DNA of 64,000 nt from a virus, in IMG/VR virus record IMGVR_UViG_3300022602_000036, positions 1 through 64,000 of that record; one strand, given 5' to 3'. Shown piece after piece: positions 8,514 to 19,239 of the stretch (positions are counted from its first letter, which is position 1; each line of letters starts with the position of its first letter). The notes beneath the pieces are model-generated. The model saw only the letters and a list, made by a program, of their open reading frames with translations. It searched no databases and was not told the origin of the DNA. The position numbers and the translations under genes are program-made.

Positions 8514-9089
8514 ATGGCTGTTATACAAGTTAGTTTAATTCAAGTACGTAGTGGCTTAAACGCAGATCTTCCTTCGTTGTCTACGGGTGAGTTTGGTTGG
8601 AGTATTGATACTCAACAACTATATATTGGTAATGGTACAGCTGCAGAAGGCAGTCCAAATCCAGGCGGTGTTACAGAATTACTTACTCAATACAGTGCAG
8701 GTAATTTTAACGTTGCCCTTGGCGCTGTTGAAGCTAACATTGCTATTCTACAGGCTAATGTTGCTACCTTACAGTCAGAAGTGGGTGATTATAAAATTAC
8801 CCTAGCTGACAATCAAGCTAACGTAACCAACACCGCAGTACAACTTAATTCATTAACTACTAACACCATTGATTATAATATCATTCGTGGCACAGCAGCC
8901 AGAGTAGGCACTATCAAAGTATCAACCTACAATGGTACAGTGGTCTATGAAGATGACTATAGTGAAACTGCTAGTACAGGTATTAATCTTAGTTTTACTA
9001 CAACCACAACCACAGCTAATTTAGCCTATACTAGTACGTATGTAGGCAATGCGGCAGTATTAACCTACTACCTAAAAGCGTTTAATTAA
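8514..9089 (+). CDS. Virion fibre/structural protein with Mtd-N-like N-terminal domain
   Basis: IQVRSG..LPSLSTGEFGWSIDTQQLYIGNG, coiled coil, beta-rich C-terminus. Confidence 0.65.
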   Translation: MAVIQVSLIQVRSGLNADLPSLSTGEFGWSIDTQQLYIGNGTAAEGSPNPGGVTELLTQYSAGNFNVALGAVEANIAILQANVATLQSEVGDYKITLADNQANVTNTAVQLNSLTTNTIDYNIIRGTAARVGTIKVSTYNGTVVYEDDYSETASTGINLSFTTTTTTANLAYTSTYVGNAAVLTYYLKAFN

Positions 9090-9090
9090 C

Positions 9091-9552
9091 ATGTTGGAAA
9101 ATTTTTGGAATCTGCGAGTTAATGAAAGACTAGCGCAGTGGAAGGACTTCCGCCGCAATTTAGATCAATTGCCGATTGAACAGGCAGTAGAACAACTAAA
9201 TCAATTTTGGAGCCGCGCTCCAGGCATTGGCTACTATTTGGCACCAGATAATACAACAGATTGGCCAGATCCCTGGACATTATTGGCTGAAAATTATTAC
9301 TGCGACATTGCAAAAGCCCTAGGAATAGTTTATACTATATACTTTACTGGTCATAAAAATTTAAATCCAGAAATAAGAATATATTATGATCCTGAAACCA
9401 AAGAACGCAGTAACGTAGCGTGGCTAGCAGATGGGAAATATATTCTTAATTTCTATCCTTACACGATAGTAAATACAAGTGAAGTTGAAAAAATGCAGTT
9501 GCAATTACTGTATCAATATTCAAGTACAGATTTACAATTAGAAAAATATTAA
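9091..9552 (+). CDS. Hypothetical protein
   Basis: 153-aa ORF with WPDPW motif. Confidence 0.7.
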   Translation: MLENFWNLRVNERLAQWKDFRRNLDQLPIEQAVEQLNQFWSRAPGIGYYLAPDNTTDWPDPWTLLAENYYCDIAKALGIVYTIYFTGHKNLNPEIRIYYDPETKERSNVAWLADGKYILNFYPYTIVNTSEVEKMQLQLLYQYSSTDLQLEKY

Positions 9553-9567
9553 AAAGAGGCACTCAAG

Positions 9568-11892
9568 TTGAGCAATATTCAAGTTAAGAAACGCAGCGGA
9601 GCCATCGTTCCGTTAGATTTAACAAAATGGCAAAATCAAGTAGCTAAAGTATGTCAAGGTATAGCTGATGTTAGCCAATCGATGATTGAGATCAAGGCCC
9701 AACCACACTTTTACGATGGTATCAGTACACGCGAAATTGATGAAATTACTCTACGTGCTATTGTTGATCTTATTGACGTAGAACACGAACCCGATGTAGG
9801 GCATACCAACTATCAATATGTAGCAGGCAAACAACGCCTAAGTATGCTGCGTAAAGACGTCTATGGTGACTATAATGTTCCGCACCTATTGGAAATTGTT
9901 AAAACCAATGTAGCCACAGGATTGTATACCAATGAACTATTAACTTGGTACACAGAAGAAGAGTGGAACAAAATGAATGACCTGTTAGATCATGAAAAAG
10001 ATGAAAGTTATTCATACGCAGCCATTGAACAACTAATTGAAAAGTATCTAGTTCGTAACCGCTCAACAAAACAAATTTACGAAACTCCGCAGATTCGCTA
10101 TATAATTGCGGCCGCAACAGTGTTTCACAAAGAACTACCTAGTCAAAGATTGCGTTATATTAAAGATTACTACGCCTGCGCCAGCGATGGATTGTTTACC
10201 TTAGCTACTCCTGTTCTAGCTGGCCTGGGCACCCCTACAAAACAATTTAGTTCATGCGTGTTGATCAAATCAGACGATGATCTAGATAGTATTTTTGCAT
10301 CAGGCGAAATGATGGCCAAGTATGCAAGTAAACGTGCTGGTATTGGCTTGGAGATTGGACGTCTACGCCCATTGGGATCTCCCATCAGAGGTGGTGAAAT
10401 CATGCACACTGGTATGATCCCTTTCCTTAAAAAATGGTTTGGTGACCTACGTTCATGTTCACAAGGTGGTATTAGAAATGCGTCAGCTACTGTGTTTTAT
10501 CCAATATGGCATCATCAATTTGATGATCTTATTGTGCTTAAAAATAATCAGGGCACTGAGGAAACTCGTGTACGTCATATGGATTATGGGGTCGTACTAT
10601 CGGCACTGTTTTGGCGTAGATTCAAAAACAAAGAAATGATCACGTTCTTTGATCCAAACGAAGTGCCTGACTTATATGAAGCATTTTACAAAGACATTGC
10701 ACTATTTGAAGAACTCTATGTCAAATACGAAAAGCAAAAAGACCTACGTAAAAAAGTCCTACCAGCAGAAGAAGTATTTAAAGGTGGTATCTTAAAGGAG
10801 AGAACTGATACTGGGCGTATCTATCTTGTGTTCATTGACAATGTCATGAACCAAGGTCCATTTGATCCAGAATACCACACAATTTATCAGTCAAATTTAT
10901 GTTGTGAAATATTACTTCCTACCCGTCCTTTTAAGCGTCTTGACGACAGTAACGGCCGCATCGCTTTATGCACTTTGGGATCAATCAACTGGGGTGCGTT
11001 CCGCAATCCAGAAGACATGCGTCGTGCTTGCCGTATACTTCAGCGCAGTCTATGTAATATCCTTGACTATCAAGATTTCTTAAGTATACAAAGCAAACTC
11101 AGTAATGACGAAATACAACCACTAGGTATTGGTGTTACTAATCTTGCCTATTGGCATGCTAAACGCAGTTATCAATACGGCACACCAGATGCACTACAAG
11201 ATGTTAAAACATGGATGGAGCATCAGGCATTTTACCTAACAGAAGCCACAGTTGAACTAGCTAAAGAACGTGGTGCTTGTACACACAGCGAACACACACG
11301 TTATGGTAAAGGTTACTTCCCTTGGGAAAGTCGTGCTAAAGGTGTTAACACTCTAGCAGACTTTACACCAAGTCGTGAATTGGATTGGGAACAGCTACGC
11401 AGTGACATGAGATCATATGGTGTGCGTAACGCTACCTTAATGGCAGTAGCACCTGTTGAAAGTTCTAGTGTGGTGATTAACAGTACCAATGGTATTGAAA
11501 TGCCCATGAGTTTGATCTCAGTTAAAGAATCAAAAGCAGGCTCGTTTATTCAAGTTGTTCCAGAATACAACAAACTAAAAACTAAGTATCAATTGATGTG
11601 GGAACAAAAGGACTGCGACGCATATTTGAAAACAGCGGCGGTGCTAGCGGCTTATGTGGATCAAAGTATCAGTACAAATACATTTTACAATCCAGCGCAC
11701 TTCCCAGATCGTAAAGTTCCAACTACATTGATTGCTAAGAACTTGATGCAGGCTCATGCGTGGGGTATTAAAACATTCTACTATAGCTTGATTAATAAAG
11801 CTGGAGCAAAAGCACAAGACGAACCTAAAGAAATCTTAGTAGATGAAGTATCAACATTAGACGACGAGGACTGCGAAAGCTGCAAATTATAA
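9568..11892 (+). CDS. nrdA: Class Ia ribonucleotide reductase alpha subunit
   Basis: ATP cone, QFSSC, SNLCCEI, KTFYY and C-terminal CESC; uninterrupted. Confidence 0.97.
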   Translation: MSNIQVKKRSGAIVPLDLTKWQNQVAKVCQGIADVSQSMIEIKAQPHFYDGISTREIDEITLRAIVDLIDVEHEPDVGHTNYQYVAGKQRLSMLRKDVYGDYNVPHLLEIVKTNVATGLYTNELLTWYTEEEWNKMNDLLDHEKDESYSYAAIEQLIEKYLVRNRSTKQIYETPQIRYIIAAATVFHKELPSQRLRYIKDYYACASDGLFTLATPVLAGLGTPTKQFSSCVLIKSDDDLDSIFASGEMMAKYASKRAGIGLEIGRLRPLGSPIRGGEIMHTGMIPFLKKWFGDLRSCSQGGIRNASATVFYPIWHHQFDDLIVLKNNQGTEETRVRHMDYGVVLSALFWRRFKNKEMITFFDPNEVPDLYEAFYKDIALFEELYVKYEKQKDLRKKVLPAEEVFKGGILKERTDTGRIYLVFIDNVMNQGPFDPEYHTIYQSNLCCEILLPTRPFKRLDDSNGRIALCTLGSINWGAFRNPEDMRRACRILQRSLCNILDYQDFLSIQSKLSNDEIQPLGIGVTNLAYWHAKRSYQYGTPDALQDVKTWMEHQAFYLTEATVELAKERGACTHSEHTRYGKGYFPWESRAKGVNTLADFTPSRELDWEQLRSDMRSYGVRNATLMAVAPVESSSVVINSTNGIEMPMSLISVKESKAGSFIQVVPEYNKLKTKYQLMWEQKDCDAYLKTAAVLAAYVDQSISTNTFYNPAHFPDRKVPTTLIAKNLMQAHAWGIKTFYYSLINKAGAKAQDEPKEILVDEVSTLDDEDCESCKL

Positions 11893-12993
11893 ATGTCAAA
11901 AGCACAATACAATTTAAATACCAAAACAGACTATCTATCACGTAAGATGTTTCTTGACCCAGCAGGTCCTGTAACCATACAACGTTTTGAAGAAGTAAAA
12001 TATAACAAGCTGGTTAAACTAGAACAAACAGCTCGTGGGTTCTTTTGGATCCCAGAAGAAGTCAGCTTAACCAAAGACTCAAATGATTTTAAAGATGCCA
12101 GCGACACAGTCAAGCATATTTTTACCAGCAATTTACTAAGACAAACTGCCCTGGACAGTTTACAAGGACGTGGCCCTGCACAGGTGTTTACTCCGGTAGT
12201 AAGTATTCCAGAACTAGAAGCACTGATGTATAATTGGAGTTTCTTTGAAACTAATATACACAGTCGCAGTTACAGCCATATCATTCGCAACATCTATAAT
12301 GTGCCCAAGGATGTGTTTAACACTATTCATGACACTGAAGAGATTGTTAGTATGGCATCAACCATTGGCAACTACTATGATGCTCTCCACCTAATAAACT
12401 GCAAGGTAGAGCTAGGACACAAAGTAGATGAACAACAACATATTAAAGCCATATGGTTGGCTCTCAACGCCAGTTACGGACTAGAAGCATTCCGCTTTAT
12501 GGTCAGTTTTGCTACTTCACTTGCGATGGTGGAGAACAAGATTTTTATTGGTAACGGCAATATTATATCACTGATCTTGCAAGACGAGTTGTTACACAAA
12601 GAATGGACTGCTTGGTTAATTAATCAGGTAGCCAAAGAAGATCCACGTTTTGCCAAGGTCAAAGAAGAGTGTACGGCAGAAGTCTATGCTATGTATCAAG
12701 ATGTTATTCGTGAAGAAAAGGAGTGGGCTGATTACTTGTTTAAATTTGGTCCAGTGATTGGTCTTAATGCTAATATCTTAAAAGAATTCGTAGACTATAC
12801 TGCACTTGGCGCACTAAAAGAAATTGGTATTAAATATCAAGAACCAGCACCTAAGACCACACCAATTCCTTGGTTTAACAAACACAGCGACACTAGTAAG
12901 AAACAAACAGCATTACAGGAAAATGAGTCAACAAATTATGTAATTGGAGTCATGGGCGAAGGTATTGACTACAATGAATTACCAGATTTATAG
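11893..12993 (+). CDS. nrdB: Ribonucleotide reductase beta subunit
   Basis: FWIPEE, ETNIHSRSY and DELLH di-iron motifs. Confidence 0.97.
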   Translation: MSKAQYNLNTKTDYLSRKMFLDPAGPVTIQRFEEVKYNKLVKLEQTARGFFWIPEEVSLTKDSNDFKDASDTVKHIFTSNLLRQTALDSLQGRGPAQVFTPVVSIPELEALMYNWSFFETNIHSRSYSHIIRNIYNVPKDVFNTIHDTEEIVSMASTIGNYYDALHLINCKVELGHKVDEQQHIKAIWLALNASYGLEAFRFMVSFATSLAMVENKIFIGNGNIISLILQDELLHKEWTAWLINQVAKEDPRFAKVKEECTAEVYAMYQDVIREEKEWADYLFKFGPVIGLNANILKEFVDYTALGALKEIGIKYQEPAPKTTPIPWFNKHSDTSKKQTALQENESTNYVIGVMGEGIDYNELPDL

Positions 12994-13001
12994 GAAAAAA
13001 A

Positions 13002-13262
13002 ATGTTAATAGTATATAGTAAAAATCACTGCCCGTTCTGCGTGCAGGCAAAAAAATGGTTAGAACTGAAAAAAGTTGATTTTGAAGAAATCAACGTAGAA
13101 CAAGACCCAGATAAATTAGTTTGGTTAAAATCAAAAGGGCATCAAAGTGTGCCACAGATCTACACAGACAAAGATGAACTGTTTGTAGAAGGTGGATTCA
13201 AAGGATTAGTAGGATTAACTGAAGAAGAATTTCAACGACGCTTAGGAGCAACAAATGCTTGA
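13002..13262 (+). CDS. Glutaredoxin
   Basis: CPFC, SVPQI, GGF. Confidence 0.93.
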   Translation: MLIVYSKNHCPFCVQAKKWLELKKVDFEEINVEQDPDKLVWLKSKGHQSVPQIYTDKDELFVEGGFKGLVGLTEEEFQRRLGATNA

Positions 13263-13566
13263 GAAACAAGGTTACGCTAAAGATACAGTAGTATCATTCA
13301 AAATTGTTAATGGTGATGAAATCATTGCTAAAATTCTGTCAGAGGACAGTACCAGCTTTACTATTGACAAACCATGTACAGTAATGCCTAGCCAAAAAGG
13401 CCTAGGTCTGATACAAAGCCTCTTTACAAGTGACTTAAATAAGAGTATAGTCCTGCAAAAAGCACATGTGATGTTACATAGTCCTACAATCAAAGACATG
13501 GAAGACCATTACATTCAAACTACCACTGGTATTACCCCAGTTGGTGCAGGCGGCATTATAACTTAA
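13255..13566 (+). CDS. Hypothetical protein, possible Sm-like fold
   Basis: VSFKIVNGDEIIAK beta pattern common in T4-like phages. Confidence 0.6.
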   Translation: MLEKQGYAKDTVVSFKIVNGDEIIAKILSEDSTSFTIDKPCTVMPSQKGLGLIQSLFTSDLNKSIVLQKAHVMLHSPTIKDMEDHYIQTTTGITPVGAGGIIT

Positions 13567-13576
13567 GGCAACGCCA

Positions 13577-15487
13577 ATGGCAATATCAGATCTTGTAACT
13601 TCCAAATCAGCTACCAGCATAATAGAGGGTTTAAAAGCTACGCTGGCTACTCCAGCACCTAGTCTTACCCCTAGTACGTTTACAGCAATGATTGGTATCA
13701 ATCAAGGATCTGCACTACAACTAGCGGCGCCAGTTCAAGCTACAATGTCACAGCTGGCAAATATTGCAGCCAGTAATTCATCAGCTAATGTGCAGGCCGC
13801 GGCTGCACTGTCTAGTTTAACTAGTTTCCAATCTGGATTGGGATTTAGTGGCACTCCTAATCATGCCGCCTTTGGTGATTTCTTAAACCAAGCACAGGGC
13901 CACATAAAAAATGCAACAGATCTGCGCACCAGCACTGATTTTATGGCTAACATAAATTACAGTGATTTTGGTGCTGGCATCACTGACATGGGCAGTAGTG
14001 CAGATCGAGGTATGGTAAATCAGCTGGGCAGTCTAAGTGGTGCTGGCGCATCAATGTTGTCAACGGGCTCAATGTTTAATGGCATAAGTGTTAAGAGTTT
14101 TGGCACACCTAGCGGATTAGTAGAAGCATTAAACAATAATAAATTAGGGAATGCATCAGGCGTTAATGATTTATTAGCAAAAAATGGTGTGCCATTAGAT
14201 GATCTTAACAACCCTGTTTACACAGATCAAATAAATCAAGTCATGGGCAGTGTTACTAATTCTGCCACAATTAACACAGCCGCAACACAATTTGGCATTA
14301 CAGCCCCATATGGTGGATTACCATCATACAATGGTAGTGACAGTAGTTTGTATACCAATAATGCGTTTGCAGGTGGTGCACCTTCTTTAGGTTCTACCGT
14401 AGAAGGAACAGTAACACAAGGATATAGTACAGCTAGCACAGCCTTTGGAGCCGCAGCCGCACCAGTAGTTGGTACAGGCGGTATACAGAGTCTTAAAGAT
14501 CTCAGTGATCCTAGTAAACTAGCAAATCCAGCAGACACAGCAGGATTTTCTGGTGTTAGTGCGCTGACCACACATCTAAGTGATCTTGGTGCTGGGTCTG
14601 TTAAAGATGCTGGCCAAGCACCAGATCTATTTGGGCAAATACAGTCAGTGACAACACCTTTGCACTCAGCGGCCTTTCCAAGTCTAGGCGGGTTAATCAG
14701 TGATCATCAAAGTATAATTGACAGCATGACAGGCACTGGTAGTGGACCCAAAGGTTTGCCTAGCATGACTGACTTTACTCAACATCTAGCAGGTGGGCCT
14801 AGCATTACCAGTTTCCTTCAAACAGTGGGCTCTAATGCATCAGCCGCTATATCAGCACTGACCGCATCAATAGCAACTGCTACAAGTCTTTTTACCAAAG
14901 CAGGTGTAGACTTTACTGCACCTGTTAAAAATACCCTAGGCTCATCAATGAACTTTGCACAAAACCTACACAAGTTTGGTGCAGACAATAGCGGTAGCGG
15001 CATAGGTGATATACTACATAACATGGCCAATACATCTACTCCCTACGGTGAAGCAATCAAGGCCAGCCTAGCAGAAGGTAAAAATAGTAGATTGCTGTCA
15101 GACAATGGTATTAGTCCGTTGACTACTACACCGCCACCTCCAGTTGGCAAGACATCAACTGTGAATTTTCCTATTACTGTTAGTAGAAGATTTGATCGTC
15201 CGCCAACAAGTACTACAGGCAGCTATGTAACAGTAGAAGCAACAGCCACAGGTACTAATGCTTGGGAACAAACATGGAAAGTTATAAATGGAGAAACACC
15301 ATCCAAAGCTGGTAAGCCACCATTTGCAGAATTATTCAGCGGCAGCTACGCTACACTACTTCTAGCAAGTGCGCAACAGTCGGGAGATGCTACCTCAACG
15401 GCTCCTCAAATTTATGAAGCATTACCGCAAATGAAAGCGGAACTTACTAGTCAATTAAGTGGCGGAAGCCCTTCAGTAACAGGATAG
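13577..15487 (+). CDS. Ser/Gly/Ala-rich probable tail/baseplate structural protein
   Basis: 636 aa, virion-like composition; no catalytic motif seen. Confidence 0.6.
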   Translation: MAISDLVTSKSATSIIEGLKATLATPAPSLTPSTFTAMIGINQGSALQLAAPVQATMSQLANIAASNSSANVQAAAALSSLTSFQSGLGFSGTPNHAAFGDFLNQAQGHIKNATDLRTSTDFMANINYSDFGAGITDMGSSADRGMVNQLGSLSGAGASMLSTGSMFNGISVKSFGTPSGLVEALNNNKLGNASGVNDLLAKNGVPLDDLNNPVYTDQINQVMGSVTNSATINTAATQFGITAPYGGLPSYNGSDSSLYTNNAFAGGAPSLGSTVEGTVTQGYSTASTAFGAAAAPVVGTGGIQSLKDLSDPSKLANPADTAGFSGVSALTTHLSDLGAGSVKDAGQAPDLFGQIQSVTTPLHSAAFPSLGGLISDHQSIIDSMTGTGSGPKGLPSMTDFTQHLAGGPSITSFLQTVGSNASAAISALTASIATATSLFTKAGVDFTAPVKNTLGSSMNFAQNLHKFGADNSGSGIGDILHNMANTSTPYGEAIKASLAEGKNSRLLSDNGISPLTTTPPPPVGKTSTVNFPITVSRRFDRPPTSTTGSYVTVEATATGTNAWEQTWKVINGETPSKAGKPPFAELFSGSYATLLLASAQQSGDATSTAPQIYEALPQMKAELTSQLSGGSPSVTG

Positions 15488-15491
15488 CGAT

Positions 15492-16199
15492 ATGTATCTA
15501 AATCCAACTGTAGAATATAATCATCTTAGCGAATGGTTATCTACACTAGTTGGAGAGAAGATTACTCCTCGCAGTCTTGTTAAACGTCTAAGCAAACATC
15601 TAAACAAACATCAACATCCTGTACGTGTGAAACTCTATACTGGTGCCAAAGGCGCACTAGAACCAGGCGAGTGGACTATTGGTGCAGAATACGATCCTGG
15701 CCTAGATGAAATCAAAAAGAAACAGTTTATCATAGATTTTATTCTTAATCACCCTAAGACTGCACCTATAACTATCTCAGCTGACATGGCTGATCAAATG
15801 GCTATAGATCTAGTAGAAACACTGATACATGAATATGAACATCAAAGACAGTTCCGCAGTCGTAGATATCGCTATCACAGAAATACCTACAAAAGCAATC
15901 ATAAAGATCCTAACAAACGTGCTGATCAAGAATATCTAGGTGATCCAGACGAAATAGATGCGTATGCGCAGAACATAGCTGCCAGACAATACCTAATGAA
16001 ATATAAGTTAAATATTACTAGCGCCAGTAAAATCAACAGTCCAGATTTAAATCAATATTACAAGGCATTTGGTAAAGATCACGAAGTAACTAAATTGTTA
16101 CTAAAAAAAGTTAAAGCAAACGTAAAATACTTCAAGGAGAACGATAATGGCAAAAATCACAGACGGGCCTTCAAACGACCACAATCTAAACGTAAATGA
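15492..16199 (+). CDS. Zincin-like (HExxH) metallopeptidase-fold protein
   Basis: LIHEYEH followed by Y...DEIDAYA. Confidence 0.6.
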   Translation: MYLNPTVEYNHLSEWLSTLVGEKITPRSLVKRLSKHLNKHQHPVRVKLYTGAKGALEPGEWTIGAEYDPGLDEIKKKQFIIDFILNHPKTAPITISADMADQMAIDLVETLIHEYEHQRQFRSRRYRYHRNTYKSNHKDPNKRADQEYLGDPDEIDAYAQNIAARQYLMKYKLNITSASKINSPDLNQYYKAFGKDHEVTKLLLKKVKANVKYFKENDNGKNHRRAFKRPQSKRK

Positions 16200-16377
16200 T
16201 GATGTACTAGGTGATATACAGCCAGAAGATTATGTGTTTGTTGTTGCGCAAGACGGACACTTAAAAGGCATAAGCATGCCAGAAGTTGATGTAGAAGCTA
16301 CTACCAAAGTAGAAGAAATTTTTAAGTTCTTTATTAACCACGACAACGGTTACTTATCTAGTAGAACCATTCACTAA
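16147..16377 (+). CDS. Hypothetical protein
   Basis: AAGGAG RBS; 76 aa. Confidence 0.65.
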   Translation: MAKITDGPSNDHNLNVNDDVLGDIQPEDYVFVVAQDGHLKGISMPEVDVEATTKVEEIFKFFINHDNGYLSSRTIH

Positions 16378-16601
16378 CACCAAGTCAATCTAAAATAAGT
16401 TGCATCTGCGGGATCTTCAAAGCGGAAGGCAAATCCTTCCGTGCCACGCCACCCGTGCAGATGATAGCGGCCACCTGGAGCTGATTCTACCCAATCTAGT
16501 ATAACAGGAGGTTTGTGAATTCCACTGTGCAACATAACTTCCCAGGTTATTACTACTTCTTCCCATTCTTCAGGCGGCGGCCACAATTTTAGCTCTATCA
16601 T
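16374..16601 (-). CDS. Small FxLRW-family protein
   Basis: C-terminus FRFEDPADATYFRLTWC. Confidence 0.7.
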   Translation of the reverse strand: MIELKLWPPPEEWEEVVITWEVMLHSGIHKPPVILDWVESAPGGRYHLHGWRGTEGFAFRFEDPADATYFRLTWC

Positions 16602-17488
16602 ACCTCAATGTATTTTAGTTCAAAGTATCCAGCACGATTCTCATGATTGACATAGCCACGTGGGTTACACACCACACGTGTTTCACCTAAGACATAGTCA
16701 AAGTCCTCGTGTGTATGACCATGACACCATAATTTAATCTGTGGACGATAAGCTATGAAGTCATCTAGGTTACTACGGAAGCCACCATTCATAATTGTGT
16801 CAGCTCGGTACTTAGCATGTACACTCTGCTCACTTGGACAGTGATGTGATACAACCACAAACTTTTGGTCAGCACGTTCTGCTACAACATGATTGATGTA
16901 GTCTAGGGCCTTGTTGTGGTCTTCTACTGCGTGTTCTGGTTTAAACTTACCAGCAGACTCTTTAATCTTATATGTAACTGTCTGTGTCTTAGCTACATCA
17001 TCATAATGATACAATGGCACTTTACGTTGTATCATATGATTGCTGTTATCTACACCGTGGAAGTCGTTCATTATGTGCGGCATTTCACGCAAGGTAACAG
17101 AATCACTACCATTCATATCAGTCCAAACAGTAGCACCAATGATGGTAACATCATCTACAACTAATACGTCTTTTTCTAATATATGGACGTTTTCCAAATG
17201 ACCTAAGGCATTTTTAAGAATACCATAGGTATATTTGAAGTCACCGTGATAGTGTTCGTGATTGCCCATGACGTAGACAACCTTGGGAAACTCCTTTGAT
17301 ATTTGTTCAAAGAATGCCAAGTAACGTTCAGCACGACCGCGCTGTGCTTTTAAGTTACTGTTCATAAGTTCAATATCACGGGCCACACAGATGTCGCCAG
17401 CAAGTACAAGCACATCTGCACTTTCTGTATTGTGTAGTTCTATTGTACCAAACTCTAAGTGTAGGTCACTACCCAATGCAATTTTCAT
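16598..17488 (-). CDS. Calcineurin-like metallophosphoesterase
   Basis: SDLH, AGD, GNHE, SHH and HGHTH motifs. Confidence 0.92.
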   Translation of the reverse strand: MKIALGSDLHLEFGTIELHNTESADVLVLAGDICVARDIELMNSNLKAQRGRAERYLAFFEQISKEFPKVVYVMGNHEHYHGDFKYTYGILKNALGHLENVHILEKDVLVVDDVTIIGATVWTDMNGSDSVTLREMPHIMNDFHGVDNSNHMIQRKVPLYHYDDVAKTQTVTYKIKESAGKFKPEHAVEDHNKALDYINHVVAERADQKFVVVSHHCPSEQSVHAKYRADTIMNGGFRSNLDDFIAYRPQIKLWCHGHTHEDFDYVLGETRVVCNPRGYVNHENRAGYFELKYIEV

Positions 17489-17799
17489 TGTACCACCAAT
17501 AACATCATTGTAACATCCTCTTCACGACATAGATATAAATGTCTGTAATACTTATTCTTTTTGCCATGTGCTGTACTATAGTCGTTGCTCCACACCTGGC
17601 GAGGAAGAAACCCGTCATTACCCCAGGTGTATTCTTTACCCCAGGTATTTTCGCACCATTTCATTACCGCCATCCAAATGTGCCATTTTTCACCTTGTGT
17701 GTCAAAGTCAATGCGATACCTAAAGCCACGATTGTAGCCTTTGTATCTGCCATCAAGTTTGACAACATTTGGTGATTTATAGTGCATTATTTTACTCAT
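17485..17799 (-). CDS. Small protein, divergent FxLRW-family member
   Basis: KWCENTWG motif; C-terminus LYLCREEDVTMMLL; ATG 17799 lies 6 nt after a -10 box. Confidence 0.7.
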   Translation of the reverse strand: MSKIMHYKSPNVVKLDGRYKGYNRGFRYRIDFDTQGEKWHIWMAVMKWCENTWGKEYTWGNDGFLPRQVWSNDYSTAHGKKNKYYRHLYLCREEDVTMMLLVVQ

Positions 17800-17805
17800 A
17801 CTAAT

Positions 17806-17834
17806 ATTATACACTAAACGCACTCAAAAGTCAA
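17806..17834 (-). promoter_or_regulatory. Sigma70-type promoter giving a leaderless mRNA
   Basis: Minus strand TTGACT-17-TATAAT-6nt-ATG. Confidence 0.75.
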
Positions 17835-18017
17835 TGCCAACATCACTTCAGCATGTGCGGTTATAGTTAAATAGCTATGGTCTATTTCATATTCATTTGG
17901 ACAGTACTCTTCTAACCAATTAATAAATTTTTTATAGTCATCAGCGTAGAGGTCCTCATAAGGACTCATTATGTAGATACTAGCACGATCACTGCCAGAT
18001 ATTTTCTTTAGATTCAT
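17814..18017 (-). CDS. Small hypothetical protein (divergent family member)
   Basis: ATGA overlap with upstream gene; GAGGTG RBS. Confidence 0.65.
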   Translation of the reverse strand: MNLKKISGSDRASIYIMSPYEDLYADDYKKFINWLEEYCPNEYEIDHSYLTITAHAEVMLALTFECV

Positions 18018-18247
18018 GACCACCTCAACTTTACCATGGTAGCATGTTCTTCTTTTAAACAGAGGAAATGGTATTCATACTTACCATTGACGATATATTC
18101 CATATCTTCGTAAAGAGTATTGATCTCATGGGCCTCTAACCAAGCATCAACTTCGTCCCTAAACGCAACTGCCGTTGAATACTCATAATAGTCACCACGG
18201 GCTGTGACTTTAATATAATGACTTGTTCCGTTGTAATAGTATGCCAT
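18014..18247 (-). CDS. Small FxLRW-family protein
   Basis: C-terminus EEHATMVKLRWS. Confidence 0.75.
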   Translation of the reverse strand: MAYYYNGTSHYIKVTARGDYYEYSTAVAFRDEVDAWLEAHEINTLYEDMEYIVNGKYEYHFLCLKEEHATMVKLRWS

Positions 18248-18462
18248 TAACTCCACCTCAACAAGAACATAGTATATGCTTGTTTATTAGGAAAAACCAA
18301 TTCATCCCAAGACCCCCACGGACTTCTAATAATTTTTACATTGTGTAATTGCTCAAAGGCATCTTTGTGTTGGTGTCGCTCTAGCCCAAATCCACCTTTG
18401 GCAATTACCACCTGATTGGCATTACGAAACGCTGAGGGGATGTCACGTATTAGAACTTTCAT
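18247..18462 (-). CDS. Small FxLRW-family protein
   Basis: C-terminus FPNKQAYTMFLLRWS. Confidence 0.75.
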   Translation of the reverse strand: MKVLIRDIPSAFRNANQVVIAKGGFGLERHQHKDAFEQLHNVKIIRSPWGSWDELVFPNKQAYTMFLLRWS

Positions 18463-18680
18463 AGCCACCTCAGACAAAAAGCAGTATAATCTTCTTCTTT
18501 AGCAAACACCACACCTAGATATAGATAAAACTCATCCATGTGCCATCTACACACAGTGACACTACTATCCATGGCCATTAGCCAACCCGGTAGTTCGTCA
18601 GCAACAAAATATCCATTATTTCGCTGGAAATGGCTTTCGATGCTGTCTAGTAATTCACCGTTGATTAGCGTTCTTTTCAT
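18459..18680 (-). CDS. Small FxLRW-family protein
   Basis: C-terminus FAKEEDYTAFCLRWL. Confidence 0.75.
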   Translation of the reverse strand: MKRTLINGELLDSIESHFQRNNGYFVADELPGWLMAMDSSVTVCRWHMDEFYLYLGVVFAKEEDYTAFCLRWL

Positions 18681-18964
18681 TGGAATTTTAACGTAAATAT
18701 TAAAAACTTTTGTTCATCTACAACAGTATACCCATTAATACCAATCATACCATTACCACCATGGTTAAATTGAAGTTCTACACCGTATTCATCTTTTAGC
18801 CAAGCGTAGAATTTATCATTATCAACATTGTTAGGTGATATAGACTGCCAATAATGATTACTCTTTAATAAAAATTTATGAATACGATATAAATCAGCAT
18901 CAGGATCAAATGCCGTATTGGCACGAGCCTCTGGTGTGCTATATAAATCATTTTGTGAAGTCAT
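18677..18964 (-). CDS. Small FxLRW-family protein
   Basis: C-terminus VVDEQKFLIFTLKFQ. Confidence 0.75.
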   Translation of the reverse strand: MTSQNDLYSTPEARANTAFDPDADLYRIHKFLLKSNHYWQSISPNNVDNDKFYAWLKDEYGVELQFNHGGNGMIGINGYTVVDEQKFLIFTLKFQ

Positions 18965-19239
18965 AGCCACCTCAGGGCAAATGCTGTAGCATCATTGGCA
19001 TGCTTAAAGTGAAAATTATAATAACCATACCAATTAAATGTATACCAAACATCTTGGTCGTCTAACCAATTATGTCCAGGTTCTGGTCTGCCTGGGCCAA
19101 CAGTATCTTCGCACCACTTCATCATATTGTGATAACGCCAGCCATTGTCGCCAGTGACTTTGACCAAACGAACCGCATGCCACCCTTCGTTGAGTAGCTG
19201 ATGTTCTGCTTGATGTCTTTCTGCTGGTGCTGCTCTCAT
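18961..19239 (-). CDS. Small FxLRW-family protein
   Basis: KWCEDTVG motif; C-terminus FKHANDATAFALRWL. Confidence 0.75.
   Translation of the reverse strand: MRAAPAERHQAEHQLLNEGWHAVRLVKVTGDNGWRYHNMMKWCEDTVGPGRPEPGHNWLDDQDVWYTFNWYGYYNFHFKHANDATAFALRWL

Noticed and set aside
9568-12993. Introns or inteins in nrdA/nrdB
   Set aside because: Both ORFs are continuous and of normal length
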